A stretch of DNA of 64,000 nucleotides, taken from assembly GCA_052327205.1 (NCBI GenBank), contig CM126203.1:204972001-205036000 (forward strand). Reading direction: 5' to 3'. Of this stretch, positions 13,280 to 26,328 are shown piece by piece. Position numbers and translations under genes: made by a program. Below the pieces are notes generated by a model. It made no database searches. It had not been told where the DNA came from and saw only the letters and a program-made list of their open reading frames with translations. This DNA comes from Somniosus microcephalus. Taxonomy: Eukaryota. Position 1 is the first letter of the stretch; the number at the start of each line of letters is the position of its first letter.

Positions 13280-13996
13280 GACATATAAAAAGTTAGCTAT
13301 ATGTTGTGGAAGTCACTTCTCGTCTCTCCCTCAGTGGCAAATTTTAAAGTATGATACTATGTAAAGTGGGATATAGGATTGACCCTTAGACGTTTATTCA
13401 CAGCTTGAACACTTTAACACAGTAGCCTAGGCTTTCTGCCCCCTCCTCAGATTGGGTCACCTCTCCAATGCGGTGGGCTTCCACCCACCCCAGGGATGTC
13501 CTGCTGGCCTCAGCCATATTTTCATTTATTTACGGGAGGCACGCTCCCTAGCCTCTGCCAGGGAGTTGTGCCAGTATAGGGGTGGAGGATTGCTGCAGCA
13601 GGCCTGGGAGATGAAGCAGGACAAACTGCCCGATTTAAAAAAAACACTTCAAAATACTCTGAAGGGTGCTTCCACTTTTTCGTTTACAGAGGAAGCTGAT
13701 AATAGGAAAACAGAAGTACCTGAGAAGGATGATGGATGAGCCACTACTGGAAATAAATATTCAAAATTAAGCTGTATTTAAAAAGTTAATGGGACTGAAA
13801 AACCATCAGGCCCAGATGGTTTGCAACCCAGAACACAGGGAGATTGGGGGAGGGCGGGGTAATAACTATCATTTTCCAAGATTCTTAAAAGTACTGGAGC
13901 ATGGCAAATGTTACACCACTGTTCAAGAAAGGGGAAAGGGATAACCCAGGAAATTATGGGCCAGTTAGTTTAATTCCAGTTGTGAATAAACTTCCA

Positions 13997-14196
13997 CGGG
14001 TAAATTTTGTACGGTGACACTTCCAGCATTGAGTGTTATCTAGAAGATGGATCATAGAATCTGGCAAGAATGTTAACGCAGCACTCTCAATTCCCAATGA
14101 TAAAATTAATCAATGGAAAATGAGGAGCGCCAGCATCCATGCCCAATTTTCCAATCCATCTTCTCACCAAGCGTGGAGTCTCACAAAATGTAATCT
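13997..14196. mobile_element. Palindromic MITE
   Basis: Arms agaagatggat / atccatcttct and ttttgt / acaaaa; interrupts the CR1. Confidence 0.55.
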
Positions 14197-14349
14197 GTTG
14201 AGTCGATAAAATGGTATAAAATTAGTGAACACCTTAAAACAAAAGTGGGCTGATCAGGCATGGACAGCATGGGTTTAGAAAGAGCATGTCATGCTCAACT
14301 AATGTAATTTTAAGCTGATATCACTGTGTATAGATAAGTGGACCACAGT

Positions 14350-14492
14350 GAATAAAAAGCAACGTACTGCAGATGCTAGAAATCTAGAACAAAAACAGAA
14401 AACGTTGGAGATACTCAGCAGCTCAGGTCGCATTCATTGAGAAAACACGAGACAATTGACATTTCAGGCATAAAACCTATCCTCAGAACTGA
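14350..14492 (-). mobile_element. Penelope-derived short fragment
   Basis: actgcagatgctagaaatct...aaaacagaaaa..ggagatactcagcag, as at 15252. Confidence 0.6.
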
Positions 14493-14520
14493 ATGGAATG
14501 CAGTGGATGTTGCATATATA

Positions 14521-15202
14521 GGCCCTGAATTTGTGTTCGGAGGCTTCCCGCGGGGAAATGCCTCCGATCCGCAAATAAAATCCGCACCTACCTGGTGGTC
14601 CGGGAGGCTCGCGATACTGGGCCTCTCTAGGTACCTGCGGGAAGAGGCACACATATCCCAGGGGCGCAGGCGGTTCGCAAGTGCCCATGGGATCGCATGG
14701 GCCAGACTAATGAATGACAGAAGGGAATCCCCAAACATTCTTATGGAGGTTCCGTATATACAGAAACCCCATAAGTATGAATGGGAATACCCCAAAAAAT
14801 ACACCTAGACATCAAATAAAAAAAATCACATTTAAAATGTAGAATTGCATTTAATTAAATATTTTGAAAATAAATGTATATGTTTTAAAGGGGCTAAAAA
14901 TAAACTTACCTTATTTAACAAGTTATTAAATGTATAAATTATTGATAAAATTTTATTTTTCTGTTTTTTAAAACTCTTATATTGGTAAAAGCAGGTCTTA
15001 CTAGGCGTAAGAATTTCATGGGCATTTGCTAGGCAGAAGTTGGGCTCCGCCCGCAGATGCCCTTTCCCCGGGGCTGCGGGTGATTTGTCTTGACAGATCG
15101 TAAGTTCTAGGTTTTAGCGCATGCCTAAACCCGGAACTTGCGCGGCCCCTACGGGCACATACACACCTCTTTTGCACCCATAGGTGCCACAAATTACTGC
15201 CC
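14521..15202. mobile_element. Non-autonomous TIR element (Harbinger-type MITE)
   Basis: Imperfect TIRs ggccctgaatttgtg / cacaaattactgccc, GC-rich ends with AT-rich core; related copy at 20126-20844. Confidence 0.7.
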
Positions 15203-15316
15203 AATGATTTTCAGAAGGCTTATGAAGAAGAAAAAACTTGTGAAAATTAAGAAATAAAAACAGAAAATGCTGGAAATACTCAGCAGGTCAAGAAGCATCT
15301 GTCGAGACAGAAATAG

Positions 15317-15353
15317 AGTTAACGTTTCAGGTCGATGACCTTTCGTCAGAACT
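15317..15353 (-). ncRNA. Minimal type I hammerhead ribozyme motif (Penelope-associated)
   Basis: Minus strand agtt-CTGACGA-a-aggtc atc gacct-GAAAC-GTT-aact: conserved core, helix II, palindromic helix III (aacgtt), short helix I. Confidence 0.75.
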
Positions 15354-16241
15354 GGAAAAAGTTAGAGATGTAACAGGTTTTAAGCAAGTGCGGGGGGAGG
15401 GGAGGAAAGGGAAGGTCTGTGATAGGGTGGAAAGCAGGAGAGATTAAATGAAAAAAGCCCACTGATGGTTCTTTGCCAGAACTCTAGATGTAACTTTAAG
15501 ATCAAAGCAATGGTACCTTAAATAACAATGCAAGAACAACAGATTTGTGTTTATTAATACTACATTGGAGATGGTTATGGGACAAGTAAAGAAACAAAAG
15601 ATGAGTCTAGAAGAGGTGTAAATGGGAATGGCAGAATTATCAACAGCTACCATGTGAAAAAATAGGGGCAGAGGGTATGGTCTAAAATTGTTGAACTCGA
15701 TGTTGTGGCTTTAAAGTGCCTAATAGAAAGATGAGGTCTTGCGCTTACGTTGAACTTCGTTGGAACAGTGTAAGAGGCCGAGGTCAGAGTGGGAGTGGAG
15801 TGGAGAATTAGTGACAGGCGACCGGAAGCTCGGGGTCACGCTTACGGAAGGTGGCATCATCAGGGCAGATGTGACAGAGACAAAGAAACTCGAAGTAACA
15901 ACAGAAAATGCTGGAAAAACTCAGCAGGCCAGGCAACATCCGTGGAGAGAAATTAGAGTTGACGTTTCGGGTCTAACCCTTTTTCAAAACTGGAAAGGAA
16001 ATGAAATAGGTCAAAAGGCAGGGCTGCAAGAGAACAAGAGAAGTGAAGAGACATTAAGAGGTATTCAAAACGAGACGAGATGGTGATAGGACTAGTGGAG
16101 ACAAAAGACAGCTCTAGATTAGGTGTGAAGTGCTCTGGCAGAATGAGAGACATCTGCCATGTGGGAGAAAAAAAAAGGGGGGGGAAAGGCCAAAACAAAG
16201 ATGTGGATAAAATATAAGCAAAAATGTAATGGGGGCCGAGG

Positions 16242-16524
16242 TTATGATCTGAAATTGTTGAACTCGATATTGAGTCCGGAAGGCTGTAAAGTGCCTAATC
16301 GGAAGATGAGGAGCTGTTCCTCGAGTTTACGTTGAGCTTCCGTGGAACAATGCAAGAGCCCGAGTACAGTGAGGTCTGAGTGGGAATGGGGCGGTGAATT
16401 AAAATGACAGGCGACCGGAAGCTCGGGGTCCCCCTTACGGACTGAACGGAGGTGTTCCGCAAAGCGGTCACCCAATCTGCGTTTGGTCTCCCCAATGTAG
16501 AGGAGGCCGCATCGTGAGCAGAGC
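16242..16524 (-). pseudogene. Penelope GIY-YIG endonuclease C-terminal fragment
   Basis: CSRCGLLYIGETKRRLGDRFAEH...VACHFN...H...EQ..IFRLGTLQPSGLN. Confidence 0.9.
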
Positions 16525-16789
16525 AAACTCGAAGAATGGATTAGAGTCCTTACAGGAAGCGGGGTGGGAGGAAATGTATTCCAGGTAGCTGTGGGAGTCA
16601 GTGGGCTTATAGTGGATGCGAAAATTAAGGCACATGGTGTTACGCGGAATGTAGCTGCATGAATAGATGGCTAACCAAGGACTGGGGGGAGCTTGAGAGT
16701 AAGAGTAAAGGGATGCTTTTCACAGTAGGGCATGTGTGTAGTCATGTCATCCAGAGAACTGTGCGGAGACCTTTGCTGTCTTCCACTTA

Positions 16790-17124
16790 CAGGAAACTTT
16801 GTGCTATCCGGCACCGACGGGACCGAGCTGTTGCCGTTCCCTCAAAACTGCCGGACACACCAGCGTTAATGTTGAAGCATACGGAGCTTTTCATCTCCGT
16901 ATCTGACAACAAACACTGTTGCTTAGCAACAGCTTCTAAACAGTTGGCCCGTACCTTGGAAGCGTCTCTGTAGCTTAGCCACAGCTTCAGAGAGACTTTC
17001 TAGAGTCTGACTGTTGGAAAAAAAAGCCACGAGAAGAAAAAAAACCTAACAAAACGGCTCCTGATTTTTGCCGGTGGCTCGAGTTTGCCGGACACTTAGC
17101 CTCCAGATAACATAAAGTTTCCTG
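16790..17124. mobile_element. Tc1/mariner-type MITE
   Basis: TIR caggaaacttt / aaagtttcctg, TA TSD; inverted relative at 25997-26328. Confidence 0.85.
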
Positions 17125-17799
17125 TACATAAATGATTTGGGCAAAGTTATAAAAGGAATGATAGTGAAGTTTGTCAATGATATCAAATTAGGGACGCTGG
17201 CAAATTGTGAGGAAGATTGCAGGAGTTTATTGACAGGTTAGCAGAGTGGACAGATAGGTGGTAGGTGCAGTTCAATTTGGAACAGCAGTGAAAGGAAGCA
17301 TATCTTAAGTGGCAAGACTCAAAGTGAAGGAACAAAGACACCTAGAGGTGCAGATAGATCAGTCTGTAAAGGTGCGAATGCATGGGGAAAAACCCATGGA
17401 AAGGCAAATGAGATTCTGGTTTTTATATATAGGGGCATTGAATACAAAGGCAAGGTAGTGATGCTGAATTTGTGCATAATGTTGGTCAGGCCACAGTTGG
17501 AGTATTGCATGCATGTCTAGGCACCACATTATAGAAAGGATATTAGAGCCATGGAAAGAGCACTGCAAAGATTCACTAGGTAGAATGATAAGTTATATTT
17601 AAGAATAAAAGCAACAAAAATTGGGGCTTTTTTAAACTGGGGCAGAGAAGGTTAAGTGGGGGGTTTAATAAAAGTTTTCAAAATTATGTAGGGTTTTAAG
17701 AGTGCACATAGTGAAAGCTTGATCCACTGGTTGACAAATTAAACACCGAGGATAGAATCTACATTATGAATCTGAAAACTAGGGATAATTAGGGATTTT

Positions 17800-18205
17800 G
17801 GGGGTATGGTAGCATAGTAGTTATATTTACTGGACTAGTAATCCAGTGGCCTGAATTAATGATCCAGAGAATGTGAATTTAAATCCCACCAGCGCAGTTT
17901 GAGAACTGAATTCCAGTTTTTTTTAAAAAATCTGGAAATAGAAAGCTGGTATCTGTAAAAGTTACCAGGAAGCGGTCAGATTGTTGTAAAAACCAAACGG
18001 TCCCCTAATGTCCTTTGGGGGAAGGAAACCTGCTGTCCTTACCCAGTCTGGCCAATATGTGACTCCAGTCCCACACCACCATGATTAATCCTTAACTGCC
18101 CTCTGAAGTGGCCGAGCAAGTCACTCAGTTGCATCAACAGCTAAGTGATTCAAGAAGGCAGCCCACCACCACCTTCTCACAGCAACTTGGGATGGACAAT
18201 AATAA
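17800..18205 (+). mobile_element. tRNA-derived SINE with LINE-derived tail
   Basis: Head ggtagcatagtagtta...aaatcccacc; tail aaggcagcccaccaccaccttctc..ggatggacaataa resembles the LINE 3' end at 60870-60920. Confidence 0.75.
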
Positions 18206-18235
18206 AAAATGAAAATGTTGTAAATGATACATAAA

Positions 18236-20000
18236 GGTCTAGAAATTCATGTTCACCATGAAAGTTGCAGGTGTCACTGGCAATTGGAGTTAACGGCCGC
18301 TGAAAATGGCAGCAATGCTAAGGAGAATAAATTTGTCAAGGGGAGCTGGAGATTGGTGGTGCATCACTAAGCTTCCGTGCAACGCCCTCCTGGTGGCGTT
18401 AGTGGGGACCTCCGAGGCGAAGTTCCCATCCTGAAGCGGCGTTTGAGCTTCGCACAGCCTCTGGGAGCGAGCCTGTTGAGCTCATAAGGAATTATGGGCA
18501 ATTAAAAGGGTTATGAATTAAAGGGGCAATGCATTCGGAACTAATACAAATTAAAATGCAGTGAAAAAAATGCAGTTTTCAACCCTTACTCCCTTCCAAA
18601 AAAAAATTTCACGTTAAAAGATGACACAAAATATTGCGGATGCTGGAAATCTGAAATAAAAACAGAAAATGCCAACAGGTCAGGCAATATCTATGAAGAG
18701 AGAAGGTCATCGACCTGAAACGTTAAATCTGTTTCTCTCTTCATAGATGCTGCCTGACCTGCTGAGCATTTCCAGCATTTTCTGTTTTTATCCCAAATGT
18801 GATTATTCAGCTCTTAAAGCTTAATTCCCTTCTGAACCTTAAAAAATGGGAAAAGTACTTCAACACCAACACAAATGGCCCAGCAAGCCAGGGAAGGGGC
18901 ACCCAGGGTTTCATGCGCAGCACTCCAGCTTTGTGGAGGGGGCCAACACTGCAAGAGAGCTCCTCTACCCACAGGGACCAGGAGGCCCTCCAGAAAGAAC
19001 GATGTGGGACCAGATCACCGAGGAAGTCACTGTCAGCAGTGTCACCCCCACCACCTGGCTCCAGTGCCCAAAGAAGCTTCATGACCTCAGAACAGTGGTC
19101 AAGGTCAGTGAACATATCTTCAAACGTCGTCTCCTACCAACTGCACCACTAGCCTCTCACATTTCTCAATGCACGACTCCACCCCCACAATCACTCACCT
19201 ACTAACAATCTGCACAAATCACAAGGCGCATCTCCCATTCCTAGCCTCACGTCACCCAATTGGAGGAGACAGTACAGGCTATTCTTGGCAGGGGCATGGC
19301 TGAGCCCTTGGCCAGTGGTGGGGCTGAAAGATACAAGATTCAGGTATCCTTGTATGTTATCCTCCTTCTCGCAAGCACCTCTTGCTTACCCACCCTCCTG
19401 TCATCACAACTCCACCCTTGTACCTTCCTCATTTCACACACCCAAGAAATGCAGCCTGCCCAGCCAGTGGTTGGCCAAGAAGAGGGTGCGGAGAGGAGGA
19501 GGAAGGAAGAGGAAGAAGAAACGCCGTAACTCGATTTCACACTCCCAGCCACCAGCTTCTCGAGGTCGACCAGCAAGGCCATTTACAGTGTCCCCCACTG
19601 AAAGTCATCAGCCTTCCACCAGCCATGTTGCAGCCACTGAGGTAGCACCGTGTGACATCAGTAGGATAGGCAAAGGCTCACACAAGACAGTCACTAAGGG
19701 AATGCATAAGGGTGATGAGTTGATTTCTTGATGTAATATTGGATGGATAGATGTCTAAAGTTGGATTGGAAAGTTTGCTTTGTGGTGGCTTTTATTTCAG
19801 CATTGAGGCTAAGAGGACACGGTGATGGTCAGTGACAAAGGGAAGGTAAGGTGTGGGACAAATGTTGAAAGGGCAATTGGGGCTGTGGTCACTGGTACAG
19901 CAGGCAGATGATTCCATCCCGGATGTCCCGGCCAGAAAGGGGCTGTCTGGGTTGCATCCATCCTTCACATCGGAACTCCCTTGTCACCTCCCACATATAT
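18236..20000 (+). mobile_element. Degraded PIF/Harbinger element with Myb/SANT gene remnant
   Basis: Terminus ggtctagaaatt; MAQQAREGAPR... and MWDQITEEVTVSSVTPTTWLQCPKKLHDL (frameshifted) at 18875-19110; homologous to 41134. Right end uncertain. Confidence 0.7.
18628..18791. repeat. Penelope-derived fold-back palindrome
   Basis: Arms caggtcaggca.tatctatgaagagaga / tctctcttcatagatgctgcctgacctg around gtcatcgacctgaaacgttaa. Confidence 0.75.
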
Positions 20001-20125
20001 TCTTCCTTAAAGTTAAGGGCAACAAGTGAATATGTTTAAACTCCTTTCCATCTCCATATATCAGTAACTTTTAAAAATTCTGGTATGTCTTTTCAATTGT
20101 TAGACATAATTCTCACTATCATAGT

Positions 20126-20844
20126 GGCTCAGAATTTCGGGTCGGGGGCTTCCCGCGGGTGTAAGCCCCCGACCTGCACTTACCTTGCGCGCCAGCCATT
20201 GAGCTGTGGGCCCCCGTGGAATTCCGATCCTGGGCCTGCTCCAGCTGCCGGCGCGCAGTGCTTGCGTATCCGAGGGGCGCAGTTAGTTCGATGCGGATCA
20301 CGTGGGCCATGGGGAGCCAATCAGAGCAGGGAATGCTCCATTCATAAGATTGACAGGAAGAGCTGTCAAAACTTATAAATACTACGGGCCCCAAAAATCA
20401 CATTTTTTAAATAAACTATAAATTACATGAAATAACTATTTTAAACAATAATTTAAATTAAAAAAATTTTTTTTTTTATTTTCTAACGGGGCTAAAAATA
20501 AACCTACCTTGCATTAAAGTATTAAAAAAAAAAAATCTGTGGAAAAAGAGTTTTAATTTTAATTCACCACTTACCTTGTAAAAAGCAGGCCTTACGTCTG
20601 CTTTTTTTATGTGTAAATTCTGCAGACTTACCCTCCCGGGAAAACCTGTAAAAAAAAACTAAGTTCGATGCGCATGCGCAGCCTCTCCCGCGCATGCGTT
20701 CGAACTCTGAACCCCTTCATTCAGGGGAACGGAAGTGCCGGTTTCCCGCGCATGCGCAGTGCATGCAGTAAACTGCCACTTCCATTGGGCCTATGGGTGA
20801 GTACCCAGCGCGTACTCACCCGTGGAGACCTGAATTTCTGGGCC
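20126..20844. mobile_element. Harbinger-type MITE
   Basis: TIR ggctcagaattt / aatttctgggcc; shares ggcttcccgcggg and ggggctaaaaataaac with 14521-15202; tgcgcatgcgca palindromes. Confidence 0.7.
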
Positions 20845-21075
20845 ATTATCTCTGGAGACCCACTTCGTGTGGTGCTGTCTAAGTATAATTGTCAATGTAC
20901 ACAATATGCCCCTTGCCCTGCAGTGCTTCCACGTAACAGTCTAGGTTAGGCCGCTTGCTCTCCTCACCTTTCTGCTGTATATGGGTTGAAGTTCATTACA
21001 TAGCCCTTTCAAATTCAAGCAGTTTGTAAAAAGTTTATTTTTTTTGTATTTAGTTGACATAAATAGTGACCCTTC

Positions 21076-24000
21076 TGTTAAATCCGTGAATCTTGATGTA
21101 TGGTGTCCTTCAATAAATAGACAGAGACTGCAGAGGAACAATCAACGGTGTTTACTGGATGAGGGTTACTCTAAAACTTACAGTACAGATCCCTACTCAG
21201 GGTTTGTATACAGGTGTGGTCACTGCCGGTACTACAGTATACAGGAGCTGTAAAAAGTAGTTCTCCCCTTAAAAGGTACATACACTACAATTCCTCCCCT
21301 TTTAAATTAACAGCACCATAACATTCATTTAACAATTAACACTTTTAACATGCAACATTAACTGAAAATAGTCCATTTATAAATTCAGTCTTTGGGGCGG
21401 CTTCCTGATCCTTTCTGGATAGTGCCTTTCCTGAGTGTCTTGCTCTTGGTACGGAGGCGATTCCGGCCCCCTGTCGTCGGTTGGCTCATCAGCTTCCGAT
21501 GCTACTGTTTCTGGGGTAGATGCTACCTGTATGTCGGGTTCATCACCAGGTACGCGAGACATGGGGTTGACTCGTTCCTGTGACTCTGGGATCTGGTCGA
21601 CATGGCGTCTCACAGTGTTCTCCCCAACATCCACTGTGTACATTAGTGGCCTCTGCCGTGTGCATATCATTCCTGGTTGCCATTTCTCTGTTCGGTAGTC
21701 GCGGGCCAAGACTGATTGCCCTACATTGAAGCTCCTTGTCGGCTTCTCATGGATATGCTGGAATTGCTTATTCTCAACATCTCTTCGTACATTTGGTCTG
21801 AACAAATCCATACGAGATCTCAACCTTCGGTTAAAGAACATCATGGCTGGGGTCTGGTTGGTGACTGCATGTGTCGCATTTCTGTAGGCTAACAGGAAAT
21901 TGTCCACCTTGTGCTGCAGTGGAATGTCGTCATCGCACATGGCCCTTACTGCTTTCTTAAAGGTTTCTACGAACCTCTCAGCCAATCCATTTGTGGCTGG
22001 ATGATACGGGGCGGATGTGAAATGCTTTACCCCATTCCTCTTCATAAATCTTCGAAACTCCTCAGACACAAACTGTGGTCCGTTATCAGAGCAAATCTGC
22101 TCTGGCAAGCCGTTCCTGGCAAATATGGTCCGTAGGACTGCAATAGTTTTCTCCGTGGTGGTGGAGGACATCTTGATCACCTCAGGCCATTTTGAGTGCG
22201 CATCCATGGCTATTAAAAACATTGAGTCCATGAATGGACCAGCAAAATCAATATGCACCCGTTGCCATGGAGATGAGGGCCACTCCCATGGGTGTAGAGG
22301 GGCATGTGGTGGTGCATTTTGGACCTTCTGGCATCCTGAGCAGCTCTTTGTCAGGTCCTTGATTTGCTGATCGATCCCCAGCCACCACACATAAGCCCTA
22401 GCAAGGCTTTTCATTTTCACCCCTCCCAGATGGCCTTCGTGAAGCTCATTGAGCACTCTCTCCCTTAACGTGGGTGGAATTACCACTCGGGATCCACACA
22501 TCAAGGTCCCCTGGCATACTGACAGCTGTTCTCTTCTGGATGAGAATGCTGGCAACAGTGAGTCGTCATGTGTTGGCCATCCCTTCACCGTCAAGTCATA
22601 TACTGGAGACAGTGTCGGGTCATTTCGGGACTCCTTCTCTATATCAGCGTTAGTTACAGGCAAGCGTTCAATTATAGTCGAATGAAATATTTCGACAGGG
22701 TCCACTGCTGGTGCTTCCTCCGCAGTAGGCAGTGGCAGGCGTGATAGCCCATCAGCGTTTCCATGCTGTTTCGTGCCCTTGTACTCGATTTCATATTGGT
22801 TCGCCCCTAGAAAAAGGGACCATCTTTGTAGCCGTTGCGCAGTCATCACCGGAACGCCCTTCTTTGGATTAAAGATGGAGACAAGTGGTTGGTGGTCAGT
22901 CAGCAAGGTGAACTTCTGCCCGTGCAGATAGTGGTTGAACTTTTTCACTCCCCACACTAGGCTGAGGGCCTCCCTGTCAACCTGGGCGTAGTTACGCTCG
23001 GCTGAGGTTAGTGATCGTGACGCAAAGGCTATTGGCCTCTCTGAGCCGTCCGAGAATTTGTGCGACAGCACCGCTCCAATGCCATAGGGTGATGCATCAC
23101 ACGCCAACCTAATTGGTAATGCTGTGTTGAAATGAGCCAACACCTCTTTTGATGTGATCAATTCTTTGCTCTTCTGGAAAGCTCGTTTACATTCGTCATT
23201 CCACTTCCATGGTACCCCCGTTTGCAGTAGGGTGTTCAGTGGGTGTAGTACGGTAGACAAATTTGGCAAGAACTTATGGTAGTAGTTCACCAGCCCGAGG
23301 AACGACCTCAGTTGTGACACATTTTCCGGTGCTGGAGCCTTGACTGCTGCCTCAATCTTTTCAGGGGAATTATGTAACACCTCTTCATCAATAACGTGGC
23401 CACAATACGAGATCTGCTTCTGGAAAAACTCGCATTTGTGGCGATTAGCTCGGAGCCCGTATTCCTTCAATCTAGTGAGCACCTGCTCCAGATTGGCGAG
23501 GTGATCACTGTCATTTTCGCCCGTGACCAGGATGTCATCCAAATAACACTGGGTCCCTGGAATCCCTTGCAGGACTTGATCCATTGCCCTTTGCCAAATA
23601 GCCGGAGCAGATGCTACCCCGAACACCAGCCTGTTGTATTGGTAGAGACCTTTATGAGTGTTGATCGTGAGGTACTGTTTCGAGGCTTCTTCTACCTCCA
23701 TTTGCAGGTACGCCTGGGCCAGATCAATCTTAGTGAAGCATTTCCCTCCAGATAGCGAGGCGAAAATATCTTCAATCCGTGGAATCGGATATTGTACCGT
23801 GTGAAGGATTGGGTTCACTGTCACCTTAAAGTCCCCACAGATGCGAACCTTCTTTGGTTCCCCAGGCGTATTACTCAATGACCTCTTCATTACAGGAACG
23901 ATGGGTGTAGCCCACTCACTCCAGTCCACTTTGGACAGTACTCCTGAACGTTCCAAACCTTCCAGCTCTGCTTCGACAGCTGGGCGGATCGCATAAGGCA

Positions 24001-25985
24001 CCGGTCTGGCCTTAAAAAACTTTGGGCTTGCAGTTTCCTCTATTTTGATCGTCGCTGTTATGCCTTTTAGTGTTCCGAGTTCCTCCTGGAACACTTCTTG
24101 TGTGTCAGTTAGCATTTTTGACAGTCGTCCAGGTGTGACGTCGTCATCCTTTTTGGCATCTACAGTCAGTGCTTGTATGGAATGCCAATCTAGCTGTATC
24201 TTCACGTCCTAGTAGTGGTGGTCCTCCCTCTGGCAATACATATAGGTCCATTTTTGGTGTTTCCTTGCCGTTATATATAACGTTCACCCTTATTTTTCCT
24301 TTGGGGTAGATTTTTTGCCCCGTGTACGTCTTCAAGACGATCTCTGTATCTCTCAAGGGTATATGTGAGAATGGACGCTTGTAGTCCCTTCGGTTTATGA
24401 CTGTTAGGGCTGATCCTGTGTCCAATTCCATTTTCACTTGGACTCCGGCTATCTTGAGCGTGACCCAGATAGTTTGGTGATCCTCCGTTTTGATCACATT
24501 ATGTAGTTTCAGACAACCCAGCTCCTTGCTTCCGGAGTCTGTATCCCTTTTCTGTTCGTCTGAACTACTCTCCGTCACCTTATGTACCTTCTTGTACTTC
24601 TCCTGTGGAGATTTCTTGCTGCTGGTTTTCTTTTCCAACCTGCAGACTCTTGCTATGTGTCCTACTTTTCCACACTGTCTGCACACTTGGTCCTTGAACC
24701 AGCAATCCTTATGCTCGTGTGTTGTTCTGCCGCAGCGACAGCACTTCACTGCTCCGTATGCCATTTCATTTGTGCCATATTCTTGCGGTCTCCGTTGTAT
24801 CTCAGCCATGCCCCGTGCTGCTGCTTCATGTGATACTGCCATGCTGAAAGCCTTGTCCAGCTTAAGATCCTTTTCTGATAGAAGCTGGTTCTGGGTTCCT
24901 TCACTTTGAAGCCCACACACGAACTTGTCCCTTAAAGTATCTGCTGGTCCCGTTCCAAACTGGCAGTGTTTCAATAGCTTGCGCAGTTCCGTTAAATACT
25001 CAGCATTACTTTCATCTTTATGCTGGTTCCTTTTGTGAAACTTAAATCTTTCTGCTATCAGCAGCGGTGTGGGGTTTAAAAGAGGTCCCGTAGGATTGAC
25101 ACTATGTTTTCAAAATTCTTTTCCGCTGGTTTCTCTGGGGTTACTAGGTTTCGCAGTAAGCCATACGTTTTTGCACCCATTGAATTCAACAATACCAGTG
25201 CTTTCTTGTCATCTGGCACTTCATTTGCCTTGTAGTATACTTCAATGCGTTCGACATATGTCGTCCAATCTTCGACTTCATTGTCGAACGCTGTGATACT
25301 GCCACTCTTCGGCATTTTTTTGTTGTTTTTCTTTTGGTGTGGTTAGACCGGCTCAAAATGGCATCTCCCGCGCTCTCCCTTCTTCTCCGCTGCGGCTCAA
25401 AATCGCGTCTCCCGCGCTCTCCCTTCTTCTCCGCTGCAGCTCAAAGGGCGTCTTCTGTGCTTTCCTCTCTTCCCCCGCGGATGCTGCTCAGCCCTTGAAC
25501 ACCGGCCGCGCTCTGCGCGTTTTCCTGCGCGTCTCTCTTGTTGACGCCACTCGGTCCTGAACCCCGGCTGCGCCCCGTGCGCTCTACCCTCTCTCTTACA
25601 CCGTCGACGCTGCTCGGTCTTCCCCTGTGCCGTCGGTCGGCTCCAGCCGCCGCCGTCCGGGAAGGGTCTGCGCCGTACCCGCTGCCAGCCCATCTCGCTG
25701 GTCGACGCCGTGCCCTTGGAATTGGCCTTCTTCTGCAGAGTTGCAGGTAGGTTTGAATCGACTCGTCGCCAATGTTAAATCCATGAATCTTGATGTATGG
25801 TGTCCTTCAATAAATAGACAGAGACTGCAGAGGAACAATCAACGGTGTTTACTGGATGAGGGTTACTCTAAAACTAACAGTACAGATCCGTACTCAGGGT
25901 TTATATACAGGTGTGGTCACTGCCGGTACTACAGTATACAGGAGCTGTAAAAAGTAGTTCTCCCCTTAAAGGTACATACACTACA
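21076..25985 (-). mobile_element. Full-length Ty3/Gypsy element B1 (Mag-like)
   Basis: LTRs 21076-21289 and 25773-25985 (4 substitutions + 1 indel), TSD CCTTC, PBS TGGCGACGAG (complement of tRNA-Ser(GCU) 3' end), PPT aaaaggggaggaa. Confidence 0.97.
21377..25315 (-). pseudogene. Gypsy B1 gag-pol (frameshifted; RT-RH-IN open as a 942-aa ORF)
   Basis: Gag MPKSGSITAFD, two CCHC knuckles, PR LDTGS, RT YLDD, IN HIDFAGPF/SDNGPQF/NGLAE. Confidence 0.93.
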
Positions 25986-25996
25986 CCTTCCACATA

Positions 25997-26328
25997 CAGG
26001 AAACTTTGGTTTATCCGGAGGTTGTATGTCCGGAATACTCGATCTAATGGCAAAAATCAGGAGCTGTTTTCTGTAAGTTTTTTTAGATCTCGTTTTTTTT
26101 TTCCCCCAGTCAGCCACTTCAAGTTCTGTAGCTATAGCAACAGCTTCAGCTAGAGATGCTTGCAGCTACAGCCGACTCTTTAGAAGCTGTTGCTAAACAA
26201 CAGTGTTTGTTGTCAGTTACGGAGATGAAAACCTCCGTATGCTTCAACATTAACTTTGTATGTCCGGCAGTTTTGACAGATTGGCAACACGCCGGTCCCG
26301 TCGGTGCCGGATATCACAAAGTTTCCTG
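25997..26328. mobile_element. Tc1/mariner-type MITE
   Basis: caggaaacttt / aaagtttcctg TIRs with TA TSD. Confidence 0.85.

Larger units (their letters stand above)
15252..16619 (-). mobile_element. Penelope-like element with a second nested Penelope (15896-16524)
   Basis: Outer duplication gaaaattaag (15242-15251, 16620-16629); inner duplication aaactcgaag (15886-15895, 16525-16534); two pseudo-LTR units. Confidence 0.85.
13690..17790 (+). mobile_element. Old CR1 LINE ORF2 fragmented by at least six nested insertions
   Basis: Collinear remnants: GPDG (13809), [10 protein letters not shown] (13904), QHGF (14265), VDV.Y.DFQKA (14502/15206), KIKAHG (16621), INDL (17128), LVRPQLEYC (17482). Confidence 0.8.
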
